Positions 32,113-43,187 are shown, counted from the first letter of the stretch. The stretch is DNA of 64,000 nucleotides from Nitrosopumilus sp. (GCA_965214775.1 OZ243974.1:864001-928000), one strand, 5' to 3'. Notes: a model not told the origin generated them from the sequence alone. Numbers and translations are program-made.

Positions 32113-32163
32113 TAATTCATCAGAATTGTAATTCATCAGAATTGTAATTCATCAGAATTGTAA
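32113..32163. repeat. 16-bp tandem repeat x3 at a MITE D end / MITE B junction
   Basis: (TAATTCATCAGAATTG)3. Confidence 0.9.
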
Positions 32164-32270
32164 CAGGTCGGGCTCTGAAAGTTCAGGCGTGAACTTTGCC
32201 ATCTTGGGGAGGTCTTCCATGTAGATTTGTGCCTAAAACCAGGAGCAGCTTCCAGAGCCCGACCTGTTAC
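32160..32270. mobile_element. MITE family B (IS66-type, 111 bp)
   Basis: GTAACAGGTCGGGCTCTG ... CAGAGCCCGACCTGTTAC. Confidence 0.88.
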
Positions 32271-32553
32271 CATAACTTTTGGGAAGACCGCAGTCATAGG
32301 CGGCGTCAAAACACCCGAGAATTTTGATCCCTTTGTCCTTTGGCAGGATCTTTCCATTTTTTTTGAAGGCGAAGCATAAAATGACACCGGTAACACTGCA
32401 TCATCGCCTGCCAAAAGAAGACATGGTGGCTTCCACAAACATTTTATCACCGGCCATGCCGAGTCATCATGCAATCAGCAAAGATGAAAGCCTTTCTGAT
32501 TGCCGTTGGGGAATGCAACGCAAAAAAATTCCGCTGTAAAAAGAGATGACAAA

Positions 32554-33285
32554 ATGAACTTTGGGGAAAAATCGAAAATAAAATCAAAGGAAAAAATGAT
32601 AGAATTTATGAATTCGGAGCGTATTGGCAGGATTTCTACCATTGATGAGGACGGCTTTTCTTTTATTGCTCCGATGAATTTCGTATTCTATGATGGCGCA
32701 ATCTACATTCACGGGTTTCCCAGGGGGGAAAAATATTCCAATATTGAAAGAAATCCCAAGTGTGGTTTTGAGGTTGACAAGGAGCTGGCATTTTTGCCAT
32801 CGTATTTTTTCGAGCCGCCGACTGATGCATCAAAGACTGATACCCTGTATGTCAGTGTGGTGATCAAGGGAATGGCCGAATCCGTTGAGGATTTTGACGA
32901 AAAAGCAAATGCATTGAACGCACTGATGGAGAAGAGCCAGACAGAGGGGGGATATGAAAAACTATCCTCTGACATGCCTTCGATTCGCGGAGTAAAGCTA
33001 TTGAAGATCATTCCAAAAACCATGACTGGAAAGTACAAGCTTGGCCAGTACTGGAATGAGGACAAGAAACTGCAAGTAACTGCAAGACTCTTGGAAAGAT
33101 CTGTAAAAAACCCAAAACAAACCCTCAAGCTGCTAAACATTGCGGGATTGGACAAGTTAGACGATGAAACCACAAAAAATCTGGCATGGCTGCATGCATT
33201 GGATCTGGCAAAAATGATGGGATACACGAACACTGCAGAATACCCTGAGATATCGCTATCTAAAGCAGAAGATGTGGACTGGTAG
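32554..33285 (+). CDS. Pyridoxamine 5'-phosphate oxidase / NimA-like flavin-binding protein
   Basis: GRISTID, APMNFV, IYIHG..GEKYSNIERNPKCGFEVD, YVSVVIKG and MTGKYKLGQ. Confidence 0.88.
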   Translation: MNFGEKSKIKSKEKMIEFMNSERIGRISTIDEDGFSFIAPMNFVFYDGAIYIHGFPRGEKYSNIERNPKCGFEVDKELAFLPSYFFEPPTDASKTDTLYVSVVIKGMAESVEDFDEKANALNALMEKSQTEGGYEKLSSDMPSIRGVKLLKIIPKTMTGKYKLGQYWNEDKKLQVTARLLERSVKNPKQTLKLLNIAGLDKLDDETTKNLAWLHALDLAKMMGYTNTAEYPEISLSKAEDVDW

Positions 33286-33398
33286 CCAGCTCTCATTTTC
33301 ACCCTGCTTGATTGAGGTGCAGGGCCACGCATGCCTTGCCGGCATTTCCATTCTAGTTACAAAACAACAACGCCTCATTTTGTTTTAGTGGTTTGACG

Positions 33399-33528
33399 GG
33401 GGTTGTCGCTTAATTTATCTATCTGGCTCAATCTACACGTTTTTCTGAACTTCCGTATACCCTGCACGCCTAGATCCTGATGACGTCATATGGTTTTCAG
33501 GAATTCTGATAAATTAGGCGACAACCCC
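33399..33528. mobile_element. MITE family D (130 bp) with 9-bp TSD; IS256-like ends
   Basis: GGGGTTGTCGCTTAATTT ... AAATTAGGCGACAACCCC; TSD GGTTTGACG at 33390-33398 and 33529-33537. Confidence 0.9.
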
Positions 33529-33581
33529 GGTTTGACGTGCAGATTCACGGTATTGTTTGATTGCGAATTTTTCGTGACTTA

Positions 33582-33660
33582 TAGCAACGGGCAGAAGTCT
33601 TTGAATCAAAATAGGTCACAACTACACGTAAAAAACCTCAATTATTTCTGCTCGTTGCTA
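33582..33660. mobile_element. MITE family A (79 bp, TA TSD)
   Basis: One mismatch to 31087-31165. Confidence 0.9.
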
Positions 33661-33927
33661 TATATGAATGACGGTCAAAGGATGGGTGACTACACACGTT
33701 AAATCGATTAAAATGCCTGCAAATGACAGGTTGTCTGTATGTAAGTTACTTGACAAATGTACAGAAAAATCCTAGCATTTGCAGTTTCTAATTTCGGGTT
33801 ATATCTCTGGCGTGGAGGGCAAGGGACAAACCCATAGTAGACGAAGTCATGAAGCTAGTTTAGTGACGTTATCTAATACTTGATTGAGTTGACAACCATT
33901 TTAAACAAGAGCTGTGGCAATACACTA

Positions 33928-35091
33928 ATGCCGTATCTTGACTACAACGCTACGACGCCAGTAGATCCGATCGTGCTAGATAAGATGCTGCCACTGTTCC
34001 AATCGCGTTTTGGAAATCCGGCAAGCGCCACACATGAGACGGGCAGACTGGCAGCCGATGCGGTAGAGGAGGCCCGCGATCAGATTGCCGATGCCGTCGG
34101 GTGCGGCAAATCTGACATAATATTCACGTCAGGTGCTACCGAGGCCAACAACACCGTACTATTCGGGCTAGCAGATGCAAAGTCGGATCGTATGATACTT
34201 GCAGGGACAACCGAGCACAAGTCAGTCTTGGAGATGTGTAAAAGATTAGAGAAGGACAATGTTGCCGTAGGATATGTTCCGGTGGATCCAGATGGTGTCA
34301 CGGATCTGGCAAAGCTAGACAAGATGCTTGAATCCGACATGGTAGATCTGGTATCCATCATGGCAGCCAACAGCGAGACAGGGGTCATACAGCCGGTAAA
34401 GACAATTACAGAGATCGTGCACAGGCACGGTGCTCTGTTCCATTGTGACGCCACGCAGGCCATCGGCAAGATCCCCCTCAACGTACAAGATCTGGGAATA
34501 GACGTGGCTACGATGAGTAGCCACAAGATTTATGGCCCCAAGGGATGCGGCGCGATAATAGCTACAAGAGATGTGCGCAGGAAACTAAGACCCATGATGT
34601 ACGGCGGCGGCCAGGAAAACGACATGCGGAGCGGCACCCTCAACGTGCCTGCCATAGTGGGATTCGGCTTGGCATGCCACATGGCAGCAATCAATTGGAT
34701 CAGGGATGCCCCAAGACAAAGGGAGTTGAGAGATTATTTCGAGAAAGAGCTGACTGGAAAGATAGCAGACGTTACGATAAACGGCATTAATGCAGAGAGG
34801 CTTCCAAACACATCAAACATACGTATAACTGGCGCACTAGCTGATGCTGTTATGACAAATGCTAGTAGGGTAGAGATATCCACAGGAAGCGCTTGCTCAT
34901 CGTCTACGATGGAGCCATCCCATGTTCTAATGGCGATGGGACTTGACAGAACCGCAGCAGATGAGTCACTGCGAGTATCGCTAGGCAGACCAACTACGAT
35001 GGAGGAGATCAAGCTTGCCGTCGACGAGATTGCAAAGGCAACCAAGTATGTACGAGCAAAGGAAGCCGAGATTCCCAGGAGGATGGTCTGA
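33928..35091 (+). CDS. Cysteine desulfurase (IscS/DndA/SspA-like)
   Basis: YLDYNATTP, FTSGATEANN, SSHKIYGPKG (PLP Lys), RSGT and STGSACSS (catalytic Cys). Confidence 0.95.
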   Translation: MPYLDYNATTPVDPIVLDKMLPLFQSRFGNPASATHETGRLAADAVEEARDQIADAVGCGKSDIIFTSGATEANNTVLFGLADAKSDRMILAGTTEHKSVLEMCKRLEKDNVAVGYVPVDPDGVTDLAKLDKMLESDMVDLVSIMAANSETGVIQPVKTITEIVHRHGALFHCDATQAIGKIPLNVQDLGIDVATMSSHKIYGPKGCGAIIATRDVRRKLRPMMYGGGQENDMRSGTLNVPAIVGFGLACHMAAINWIRDAPRQRELRDYFEKELTGKIADVTINGINAERLPNTSNIRITGALADAVMTNASRVEISTGSACSSSTMEPSHVLMAMGLDRTAADESLRVSLGRPTTMEEIKLAVDEIAKATKYVRAKEAEIPRRMV

Positions 35092-36070
35092 CCTGCTGAT
35101 CACAGAGGCCATCGAGACTCCGACTTTTGCAAACCACGAATCTTTTCACCTGAGATACGGATGGCTCAAAAAGGCATATGACGCAGTGATGGAAAACCCG
35201 CGTATCTTTGTATTCGATGACGCGCCGATCAGGCTAGGCGTAGGAAAAAACATGGTTCGTGCCATCCGGTTCTGGGCACTATCTAGCAAGATGATTGAGC
35301 CACGTGGAGATAGGAAGGGAACCAAAAATCCAGAGGTCGAGCCCACCCGTCTAGGGCATGCCATATTCAGGGACGGAGACGGCCTTGATCCATACCTAGA
35401 AGATCCCCAGACGCTATGGCTTTTGCACTGGCTCTTGTTTGCACCCCCGTGTAGGATCCCAATATGGTGGATAATATTAAACGAATTTACGGCCACAAAT
35501 ATCAAGACTGACGATCTTGCAGAATCAATCCAGCACCGAGTTACGAACATATCAGAGTGGAACACTCCCAGCGCAAATTCGGTAAAAAAGGACATCGATG
35601 TGTTCATCCATACATATACAACAAAGCAGGGAAAGCTAGCCACGGAGGATTATCTAGATTGTCCGTTCAGGCAAATGCACATGATCAGGCAGCAGGAGGG
35701 TTCACAGGACACGATGCGCTTTGTATTTGGCAGAAAATACGGAATGACTCCGAAAATAACAGCGTTTGCGTGTCTTGACTTTATTGACAGATTGGGTATT
35801 ACGTCAAAAAGCGTGTCTGTCACTAGGCTTGCAACCGAAGCAGGATGTGTTGGAAACGCCTTTAAGATAGGTGAAAACGACCTTGCCGATCTTCTAAACG
35901 ACGCATGTTTGACCACTGATCAGATACGCATGGAGAACGTCAATGGAGCGCAACATCTAGTGTTTGATGATGCTAGAATCGCGGCAGAGAGGGTGCTCGG
36001 GGAGGCATACAATAAAGACAGATTCAGGCTATCCAAGATACAAACAATGGAGGCGTTGATAACGGATTGA
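35015..36070 (+). CDS. DUF4007 family protein (SspB-like)
   Basis: FANHESFHLRYGWLKK, LGVGKNMVRAIRFW and DPYLEDPQTLWLLHW; start uncertain. Confidence 0.9.
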   Translation: MPSTRLQRQPSMYEQRKPRFPGGWSDLLITEAIETPTFANHESFHLRYGWLKKAYDAVMENPRIFVFDDAPIRLGVGKNMVRAIRFWALSSKMIEPRGDRKGTKNPEVEPTRLGHAIFRDGDGLDPYLEDPQTLWLLHWLLFAPPCRIPIWWIILNEFTATNIKTDDLAESIQHRVTNISEWNTPSANSVKKDIDVFIHTYTTKQGKLATEDYLDCPFRQMHMIRQQEGSQDTMRFVFGRKYGMTPKITAFACLDFIDRLGITSKSVSVTRLATEAGCVGNAFKIGENDLADLLNDACLTTDQIRMENVNGAQHLVFDDARIAAERVLGEAYNKDRFRLSKIQTMEALITD

Positions 36071-39000
36071 AGACAATAGGTAAGGAAGCGTCCAGAATCC
36101 TGCTTTCCCACATAGTTGGGGTTCCCCCAAAGACGTATCCGTCCACAAACATAGAGCAGGACGACGTTACGCTGCTTCAAAACTACCTTCCAAGTGCAAG
36201 CACCCTAGAGATAATAGACCGGTTTTCTGCCGGACTGCGTGGGGCCAAAAGCGGTAGGATGATCTCGGTGACCGGCCCGTACGGATCAGGTAAATCCACC
36301 ATGGCCGCATTCCTAAAGGGTCTTCTTGCCCCAAAAAACAGTAAAGAGTGGAAGGCGGCCCACAACATTCTCAAAAAAGAGCCAGACAGCTACAGGCAAT
36401 CCATGCTATATGCGAGAAGAAAGGCAGGCATACACAAGGATGGGATGATAGTCTGCACCATAACTGCTCGACGCGAGCCGATATCTGCCACCTTGTTGCG
36501 GGGTATAGATGGTGGACTCACAAGGCGTTTTACACATTACACAAAGAAACACTTCCCATCGGCAATCCTGCTGCGTCAGTACTTGAAGGATCTAAAATAC
36601 AGCAACAAGATTCCAGATGCGGCCAAGCTGATCGAGTTGATCGAAGATGTCGCACGAATATCCCCTACCGCCATCATAATAGACGAGTTTGGCAAGAATA
36701 TAGAGTACTTTACGACGGACGAGTCACAGCAGAGCGACCTGTTTCTGCTTCAGGAGCTCGCAGAAAGATCAGGCAAGAGCCGCAGGATCCCGCTGTCCAT
36801 AGTAACGCTGCAGCACATGGCATTTGAGGAGTACGCCGTAGGTGCATCTGTCACGCAAAAGCGCGAGTGGGCAAAGATCCAGGGACGCTTTGAGGACATC
36901 CCGTTTGCCAACTCACCAGAGCAGACTAGGTTGCTAGTATCAGGCACCATAAAACGCACCCCAAACACAGCACATGCAAGGCACGTAAGGTCGTGGGCCG
37001 TAAAAGAATCCAAGATCATGCAGGATCTTGGAATTGGCATGGGTTCGGATCCTGATCTCATAGCATCATGCTATCCCATCAATCCACTCACTCTGGAGGC
37101 TCTTCCCGAGATGTGCTCCCGATACGGCCAGCACGAGAGAACCTTGCTGTCATTTATCTCAGACTCGAAAAAACACACCGTTGCCACGTTTATTGACGAG
37201 CACTACTGGAATCCACAATTCCCGCCATCCGTTGGACTTGATGTACTCTATGATTATTTCATAGCAGGCACCAGCATGATACACTCTAGCTCGGCCAATG
37301 TGAGCAGACTGATGGAGATCGAGACCATAATACGTGATACCCACAGCCTAAACGAGATTGAGAAAAAGACGCTCAAGACCATAGGCGTACTCAACCTTAT
37401 CGGAAGATCTGGATATCTGAGGGCTTCCAAAAGACTGATAGGCTATGCGGTAGGACGTGGCTCACGCCAGGCGCTTGACGCGCTTGAGAAAAAATCTGTA
37501 ATAACATACAGAAAACATGCAGACGAGTACAGGATATGGCACGGCACCGACATCGACATTGCAACCAAGTTGGACATGTACCGCAGAAGATATCAGAGGA
37601 CATCGCTGTCGGAGCTGCTGGTTGATGCAATAGACTTGGAGCCAATAGTGGCAGCAAAGCACAGCATAGAAACCGGTACGATGCGTCTCTTTGAGAGGCG
37701 GTTTGCCTTAAAATCTACAGACTGCATGTCCGGTGAGAATTATGACGGCATGATCATGTACAGGGTTGACGGCTCTGAGTTGCCCAAGATGGAAAAACCC
37801 GTAATTACCGTAATGGCAGGAGACACTACCGACCTCAAGTTTGCCGCCATTGAGGTCTCTGCCATACGAGATATCCTCAAGTCCGACGACGAGGTGACAG
37901 CCGATTGGGTGGCAAGAAAGGAGATTGAGGAACGGTTGGCAGATGCCGAGGTCGTATTAGACAGGAAGTTTGCAGAGACGTATGGAGAAACGGCTAGATG
38001 GTCGTATGAAATGGGTGGTAAAGAAATCACATTGAGGGGAAAGCCTAGTACGATGGTGTCGGACATATGCAGTGCCAAATACCCACATACTCCGATAATA
38101 CGCAACGAGATGATAAACCGGACGCTACTTTCTCCACAAGGCTCTATGGCAAAGAAGAGACTTTTGGAATCCATGATAACCCGTCCAAAGGATCCCAAGT
38201 TCGGAATAGAGGGGCACGGGCCGGAGCGCGCAATATACGAGGCAGTCATTTATGAGAACGGCATTCATGCACCAAAGACATCCCTTCAGTGGAAGCTGCA
38301 GGATGCCAAAAATGAAAAGATGCATCCCGTTTGGCACGCCATGTTAAGCAGGATACGAAAAGCAGGGGGCCGCATAATGCTGACTGAGATTTACCGAATC
38401 GCCAAGATGCCGCCGTATGGAGTCAAAGACGGACCGGTGCAGTTGCTCGTAGTTGCGATGATCCTCGCACACATAGACAGCATTGCGCTGTACGAGCACG
38501 GCACGTTTGTTCCAAAACTGCAGCCAGAGGTTGCCGAACGCATGACCAAAAATCCCGAGCATTTTGAGGTAAAATACTTCACAAGGACCAGGACAAAGAA
38601 AATGCTTCTCGAGCAGGTTTGCAAAGATCTAGGCATAACACCGGATGGAAGCATACTTGGCGTGGTCGGATACTTGGTACGTACCGTATCTGCACTGCCG
38701 CCGCACATAAAGCACACCAAAAGACTCGACAGGCACACAACCGCCGTACGTGATGCCATACTCCGTGCAGTAGAGCCAGACACGCTGCTGTTTGAGGCGC
38801 TTCCAGAGATGCTAGGATACAGCTCGGATATATCACAGGCTCAGATCAAAAAGTTTTCAAAGACACTTGCAAAATCTGTTAAGACATTACAAAACGGCTT
38901 TGCAAAGACCGTCGATGACATGTGTAATCTGCTCTTTGACTCCACGGGGATAGACGACAGGATCAATCTGTCAAAAGCCGCAAAGGTGATGGAGTCTAGC

Positions 39001-39420
39001 GTTACAGACCAAAAGATGAAGATGTTTCTGGCAGCCGTATCTGCAGACACACTAGAACGCAAGGAGGACTGGATCAACTATGTCGCAATGAGCCTTACCA
39101 ACATGCCGCCCGCGGACTGGAAGGACGAGCAGCGCGACATGTTTGAGAACAGCCTAAGTGCAATATCTGCCAAGTTTAATAGGCTTGCGGAAATACATTT
39201 TGGTGACATCTCCGATAATTTTGTAAAACCATCATATCAGGTTACTGTAACATATGCAGACGGACATGAACATTACAATGTAGTATCGTTAAGACCTGAG
39301 CAAAAAAAGAAGGTGGAAAAAATTGCGGCCAAAATATTACGTGATATGAAGAAGGCTGGACTGACAGATAAGGATCTTAATGGACTAATAGCCGTGTTGA
39401 GCTCCAAATCCCGGGTGTAG
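36067..39420 (+). CDS. Large P-loop ATPase (SspC/BrxC-like)
   Basis: Walker A GPYGSGKS, Walker B IIIDEFGK, EWAKIQGRF, YPINP and PPYGVKDG; overlaps the DUF4007 stop by 4 bp. Confidence 0.85.
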   Translation: MKTIGKEASRILLSHIVGVPPKTYPSTNIEQDDVTLLQNYLPSASTLEIIDRFSAGLRGAKSGRMISVTGPYGSGKSTMAAFLKGLLAPKNSKEWKAAHNILKKEPDSYRQSMLYARRKAGIHKDGMIVCTITARREPISATLLRGIDGGLTRRFTHYTKKHFPSAILLRQYLKDLKYSNKIPDAAKLIELIEDVARISPTAIIIDEFGKNIEYFTTDESQQSDLFLLQELAERSGKSRRIPLSIVTLQHMAFEEYAVGASVTQKREWAKIQGRFEDIPFANSPEQTRLLVSGTIKRTPNTAHARHVRSWAVKESKIMQDLGIGMGSDPDLIASCYPINPLTLEALPEMCSRYGQHERTLLSFISDSKKHTVATFIDEHYWNPQFPPSVGLDVLYDYFIAGTSMIHSSSANVSRLMEIETIIRDTHSLNEIEKKTLKTIGVLNLIGRSGYLRASKRLIGYAVGRGSRQALDALEKKSVITYRKHADEYRIWHGTDIDIATKLDMYRRRYQRTSLSELLVDAIDLEPIVAAKHSIETGTMRLFERRFALKSTDCMSGENYDGMIMYRVDGSELPKMEKPVITVMAGDTTDLKFAAIEVSAIRDILKSDDEVTADWVARKEIEERLADAEVVLDRKFAETYGETARWSYEMGGKEITLRGKPSTMVSDICSAKYPHTPIIRNEMINRTLLSPQGSMAKKRLLESMITRPKDPKFGIEGHGPERAIYEAVIYENGIHAPKTSLQWKLQDAKNEKMHPVWHAMLSRIRKAGGRIMLTEIYRIAKMPPYGVKDGPVQLLVVAMILAHIDSIALYEHGTFVPKLQPEVAERMTKNPEHFEVKYFTRTRTKKMLLEQVCKDLGITPDGSILGVVGYLVRTVSALPPHIKHTKRLDRHTTAVRDAILRAVEPDTLLFEALPEMLGYSSDISQAQIKKFSKTLAKSVKTLQNGFAKTVDDMCNLLFDSTGIDDRINLSKAAKVMESSVTDQKMKMFLAAVSADTLERKEDWINYVAMSLTNMPPADWKDEQRDMFENSLSAISAKFNRLAEIHFGDISDNFVKPSYQVTVTYADGHEHYNVVSLRPEQKKKVEKIAAKILRDMKKAGLTDKDLNGLIAVLSSKSRV

Positions 39421-39424
39421 AGCC

Positions 39425-39733
39425 ATGTTGGTCGGGGCGATGGATGTTTCTGGAAATCCAGAGAAAGGAAACTATGTGTTTATGGGAATTGTACTTGGCA
39501 CAAAAGAAAATCTTGATGCCATGATTAATAATTTACAGTTGAATAAGATCCCCTCCCCAACAGTTAAACAAAACCAAATTCGCAGTGATCTTGTATCTAA
39601 AATTCGATTTAACCGCAGAGAAAATATTGGATTCTGCATACGATTGGACAGGAAGGAAATAATCAGTGGTGTCAAAGAGAAAATTGACTCTACTAAATAT
39701 GCGGCGATTTATCAAAGATACAACCAGCTGTAG
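39425..39733 (+). pseudogene. Truncated ORF with DUF3800-like N-terminus; stop supplied by the IS630 end
   Basis: MLVGAMDVSGN...YVFMGIV resembles the DUF3800 DESG motif; TAG 39731-39733 is the IS terminus. Confidence 0.5.
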
Positions 39734-41092
39734 TTAATTCATAAAAAAACGAACAATTTTGACAACTGCTTTTGATCCAAACATTAAGATCAGGCAAACC
39801 ATCGCACATGCATGGGAAAACAGGCAGAATTTGTGGCATCAAGGGACAAATTCCTGGGCAAGCAAAGCACTCACGCCTTTGCAAGGCGTACTAGACCCGA
39901 CAGTATGGAATACGACAGTTGTTGTTGCTGCAGTAGTTAATTCGTGCATGGGGGGTTTGACATACTGCCACACAAGACCCGACAGTATGGAATACGACAG
40001 TTGTTGTTGCTACTGCTGCAGTAGTCAGCCCATCAAATATCGGAACATCTTTACCGGTAGGATCTCTCCACTGGCAAACATCTTCCGCACGGACTGCTCC
40101 ATCTCATCAAGCGTATCAAACATCTTGGCAGACAGCCTCCGCTTTATCTCCCTCCACTGTATCTCTACAGGATTGAGCTCCGGCGCGTACGGCGGCAGGT
40201 ACTCCAGTATTATCTCGCCCTTGTACTTTTCCAGCATCTCCCTTACGCCGACAGACTTGTGGTATGACGCATTATCCAGGAATATCAACACCTTTCCGTA
40301 CTTTTCGTGCACCTTTTCCAAAAAGTCGCAAAAGCTGTCGGTGTTGGTCTTGTCATAGAACATATAGTAGAATATGTTAACTGCCAGCACGCCGAACATG
40401 TACCGGCGCTGCCGTGACAGCGATACGGGCGCCGTGACGCTCATGCCGCGCCTGAGCCACCCGTGTTTGGGGCTGTTTGAGGTCTTTTGTATGGATGACT
40501 CGTCTTCTGCCAGTACCGTATACCCTTGCGCCTCCTTTTCCCGTATCAGCTCCTGGGATGCCTCCTTGAACTCGTTCTGCTTTTGTTTTGAGACGGCCTT
40601 TGGGTTCTTTGGCCTCGGCTTCCTCCATGAGAACCCAAGCTCGCGTGCCAGCAGCCGCGTGCCGCTCTTGCTGTATTCTATGCCGAACTTCTTTTTGATG
40701 TGCCGTCTCATCAGGCCCGAGTCCCACAGGCTGCTCTCAAAACCGCACTCCTCGGATCCTGACTTGAGATCCGCCGCAAGCTGTTTCAGCTGCGACTCAC
40801 TCAGCTTGTGCTTGCGTCCCCTGCCTGGCCGCTCGTGCCTTGCACGTATTCCCTCGTCCTGTGCGCGGATGAGCCACTTGGATATGGTGGAATGTGCCCG
40901 GTCGAGGTTCTTTGCTATCTGTTCCACACCAAGCTCGTCCTTGCTTGCTATCCCGTGCAGGAACGCTGTTCCCACCGGTAATTCCTTTTTTCTTTTCATG
41001 TGTATATATGGGATTGGCAGATCTTATCCCTTGGTTGAAAAAAATTCTCCTTTTTGTAATCAATTGGTAGCCGTGAATACTACGGCACCATA
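39731..41092 (-). mobile_element. IS630-family copy with different/deleted 5' part; ORF 40025-40999
   Basis: 39731-40944 is nearly identical to the 3' part of 20554-21988; sequence beyond 40944 differs, so the far boundary is approximate. Confidence 0.88.
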
Positions 41093-41255
41093 GATATTTT
41101 TTTAATACAAGGGATTCAACATGATCAGGAGATTTTACGGAATTTGCCGAGCACCGGCATCAGCATGGTGCCAGGTCTGCTTAAAATAGACGGCTAACTT
41201 CCGTTAGCCAGATCCCATCAAGGTTTATAACCAAAAATTAGGCAGTTGTCTCAAA

Positions 41256-41633
41256 ATGGGATTGGCAAACGATGTCATCAAGGAGATCGGAAACAGGTCA
41301 AGAGAGTTCTACGAATTTGTTCTGCCGCCAGTTGACATGCATCTAAACAGAGACAGTCTCAAAATAGTAATTGACATTCCCGGATTCTCAAAAAAAGATA
41401 TCAAGCTGGTATTGTGCGGAGACATCCTGTCAATCAAGGCACAGAAGGAAACCAAAGAAGACCAAACGTTGATTTTAAGCCAGCGTCCATACATCATCGA
41501 TAAAAAGATCAGGCTTCCCATCAAAATCAAACAGGGAGAAGAAGAGCAGACCGGTTCTGCAAAATACGAAGACGGTACTTTGACATTGGTTATTCCCGTA
41601 AAAAATCCAGGAAGAGATATTTCCATAGAATAG
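41256..41633 (+). CDS. Small heat-shock protein (Hsp20/Hsp14)
   Basis: PPVDM, IDIPGFSKKDI and AKYEDGTLTLVIP. Confidence 0.92.
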   Translation: MGLANDVIKEIGNRSREFYEFVLPPVDMHLNRDSLKIVIDIPGFSKKDIKLVLCGDILSIKAQKETKEDQTLILSQRPYIIDKKIRLPIKIKQGEEEQTGSAKYEDGTLTLVIPVKNPGRDISIE

Positions 41634-43187
41634 TCAGTGTTTTCTGAAAAGTCCCGAGACTGCCATGACAATTCCCGAGAGTGTCATTCCAGCTAGTCCA
41701 AGAACTTCGTTTGACTGGAACAAGAACGCGGATCCGACAAAGAGGGAAGATGCAAAGATGCTTCCGCTTATCAGAACCACCGGCCTTCTTTTTTTCATAA
41801 AAAATCGGGCCTCATCCATCAGTTTCTTCATTTCAGGTCCCGCTCTTAACGCAAGATCGACTGATTTTGAAAAATTATCAAACGATATTTTTAATTCCTG
41901 GACATATGCCCTTGCTATCAAATTTTCCTCTTGCAGGATGTTTCTCAGAACTTTGACAAATTTGAAGTCCACGTCGTGTGTCTTGTAAATTCCTTCAATG
42001 ATTGACGCCATTCTCATGTACAGTGCCAGGTTTTTTGGCAGGACAAAGGGAAACTTGCTCATCGTTTGGTTTGCCAGCTCCATCAGGCTCTGAATCTCCA
42101 TTTCGTCAGGCTTGCTTCCATGCATGGCACGGATGGAAAGTTCTATCCCTTTCTCAATAACTTCGCGGTTGTATCCCGGAGTAAGCATTCCAAGCTCGTT
42201 CATTGCATTGACAACCCTGGGAGGATTTCGCTCAACTAATGCAAGGTAAAGTCTAACAAGCTTGAACCTGGTCTCGTTGTTGATTCGTCCAACCATTCCA
42301 TAGTCATACAGGATTAGCTTTCCATCACCGGTAACTGAGATGTTTCCGGGATGCGGATCGGCATGAAATATGGAGTGTTTTAGAAGCATCGTAAAAAAGA
42401 CCTTGTGCACGTCAATGACTAGCTGTTCTCGATCAATTCCTGCCTGATCGAGCTCCTTTACGTTTGTGACCTTGATTCCAGGCAGGTATTCCATGGTAAG
42501 GACGTTTTTTGACGAAAAATCTCCATAGACTGACGGAACCACGACCTTGTCGGAGCTTTCCATGTCGGATTTTATTTGCCTAAGGTTTGATGATTCGTTT
42601 GCATAGTCCATTTCTTCATGAATTGTTTCGATAAACTGTGAGAGCATGGCTTTTGCAGAATAGCGCAGGTTGGGATCTACAAAACGCAGTGCCAGTGGAA
42701 GAATTTTTTTCAATACGTCCAAGTCTTCGGCGACTATCTTTTCAATTCCAGGTCTCTTTACCTTAACGACAATCTGTCGTCCGGAGATGGATCCCCTGTA
42801 AACCTGGCCCAGAGACGCGCCGGAAATCGAGTTTGGATCTATATTGTCAAACTTCTCACTGATGGGGCCAATCTCTTCTTCAATAATGGGCCTGACTTGT
42901 TCAAAAGGGGCCGGAGGAACGCTGTCTTGAAGTTTGGATAGTTCTTGCAGGTAAGGCTGTGGCAGAATGTCTGCTCTTGAGGACAGCCACTGGCCCAACT
43001 TGATGTAGACCGGGCCCAGTGAAATGAAGGTTGCAAGAACCTTTCTGGCGTTTTTTCTAAATCGCTCAGAGTCAATTTCGTTTTTTGACTGTTTGATCCA
43101 TGCCTTTCTGTCTTTTCTCAGAGACAGGATTGAAGGAAGGAGTTTTACCAGCACTTTGATGGCTCTGACCTTGGACAAGACAATCAC
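41634..43187 (-). CDS. AarF/ABC1/UbiB atypical kinase
   Basis: YIKLGQWLSSRAD, ASLGQVY, VKVKRP, FHADPHPGN and DYGMVG. Confidence 0.95.
   Translation of the reverse strand: MIVLSKVRAIKVLVKLLPSILSLRKDRKAWIKQSKNEIDSERFRKNARKVLATFISLGPVYIKLGQWLSSRADILPQPYLQELSKLQDSVPPAPFEQVRPIIEEEIGPISEKFDNIDPNSISGASLGQVYRGSISGRQIVVKVKRPGIEKIVAEDLDVLKKILPLALRFVDPNLRYSAKAMLSQFIETIHEEMDYANESSNLRQIKSDMESSDKVVVPSVYGDFSSKNVLTMEYLPGIKVTNVKELDQAGIDREQLVIDVHKVFFTMLLKHSIFHADPHPGNISVTGDGKLILYDYGMVGRINNETRFKLVRLYLALVERNPPRVVNAMNELGMLTPGYNREVIEKGIELSIRAMHGSKPDEMEIQSLMELANQTMSKFPFVLPKNLALYMRMASIIEGIYKTHDVDFKFVKVLRNILQEENLIARAYVQELKISFDNFSKSVDLALRAGPEMKKLMDEARFFMKKRRPVVLISGSIFASSLFVGSAFLFQSNEVLGLAGMTLSGIVMAVSGLFRKH

Noticed and set aside
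33928-39420. Fe-S cluster (isc/suf) or classical dndABCDE locus
   Set aside because: No IscU/SufB-type or DndC/DndD/DndE genes are adjacent; the DUF4007 plus large ATPase context points to an Ssp/BREX-4-related system.
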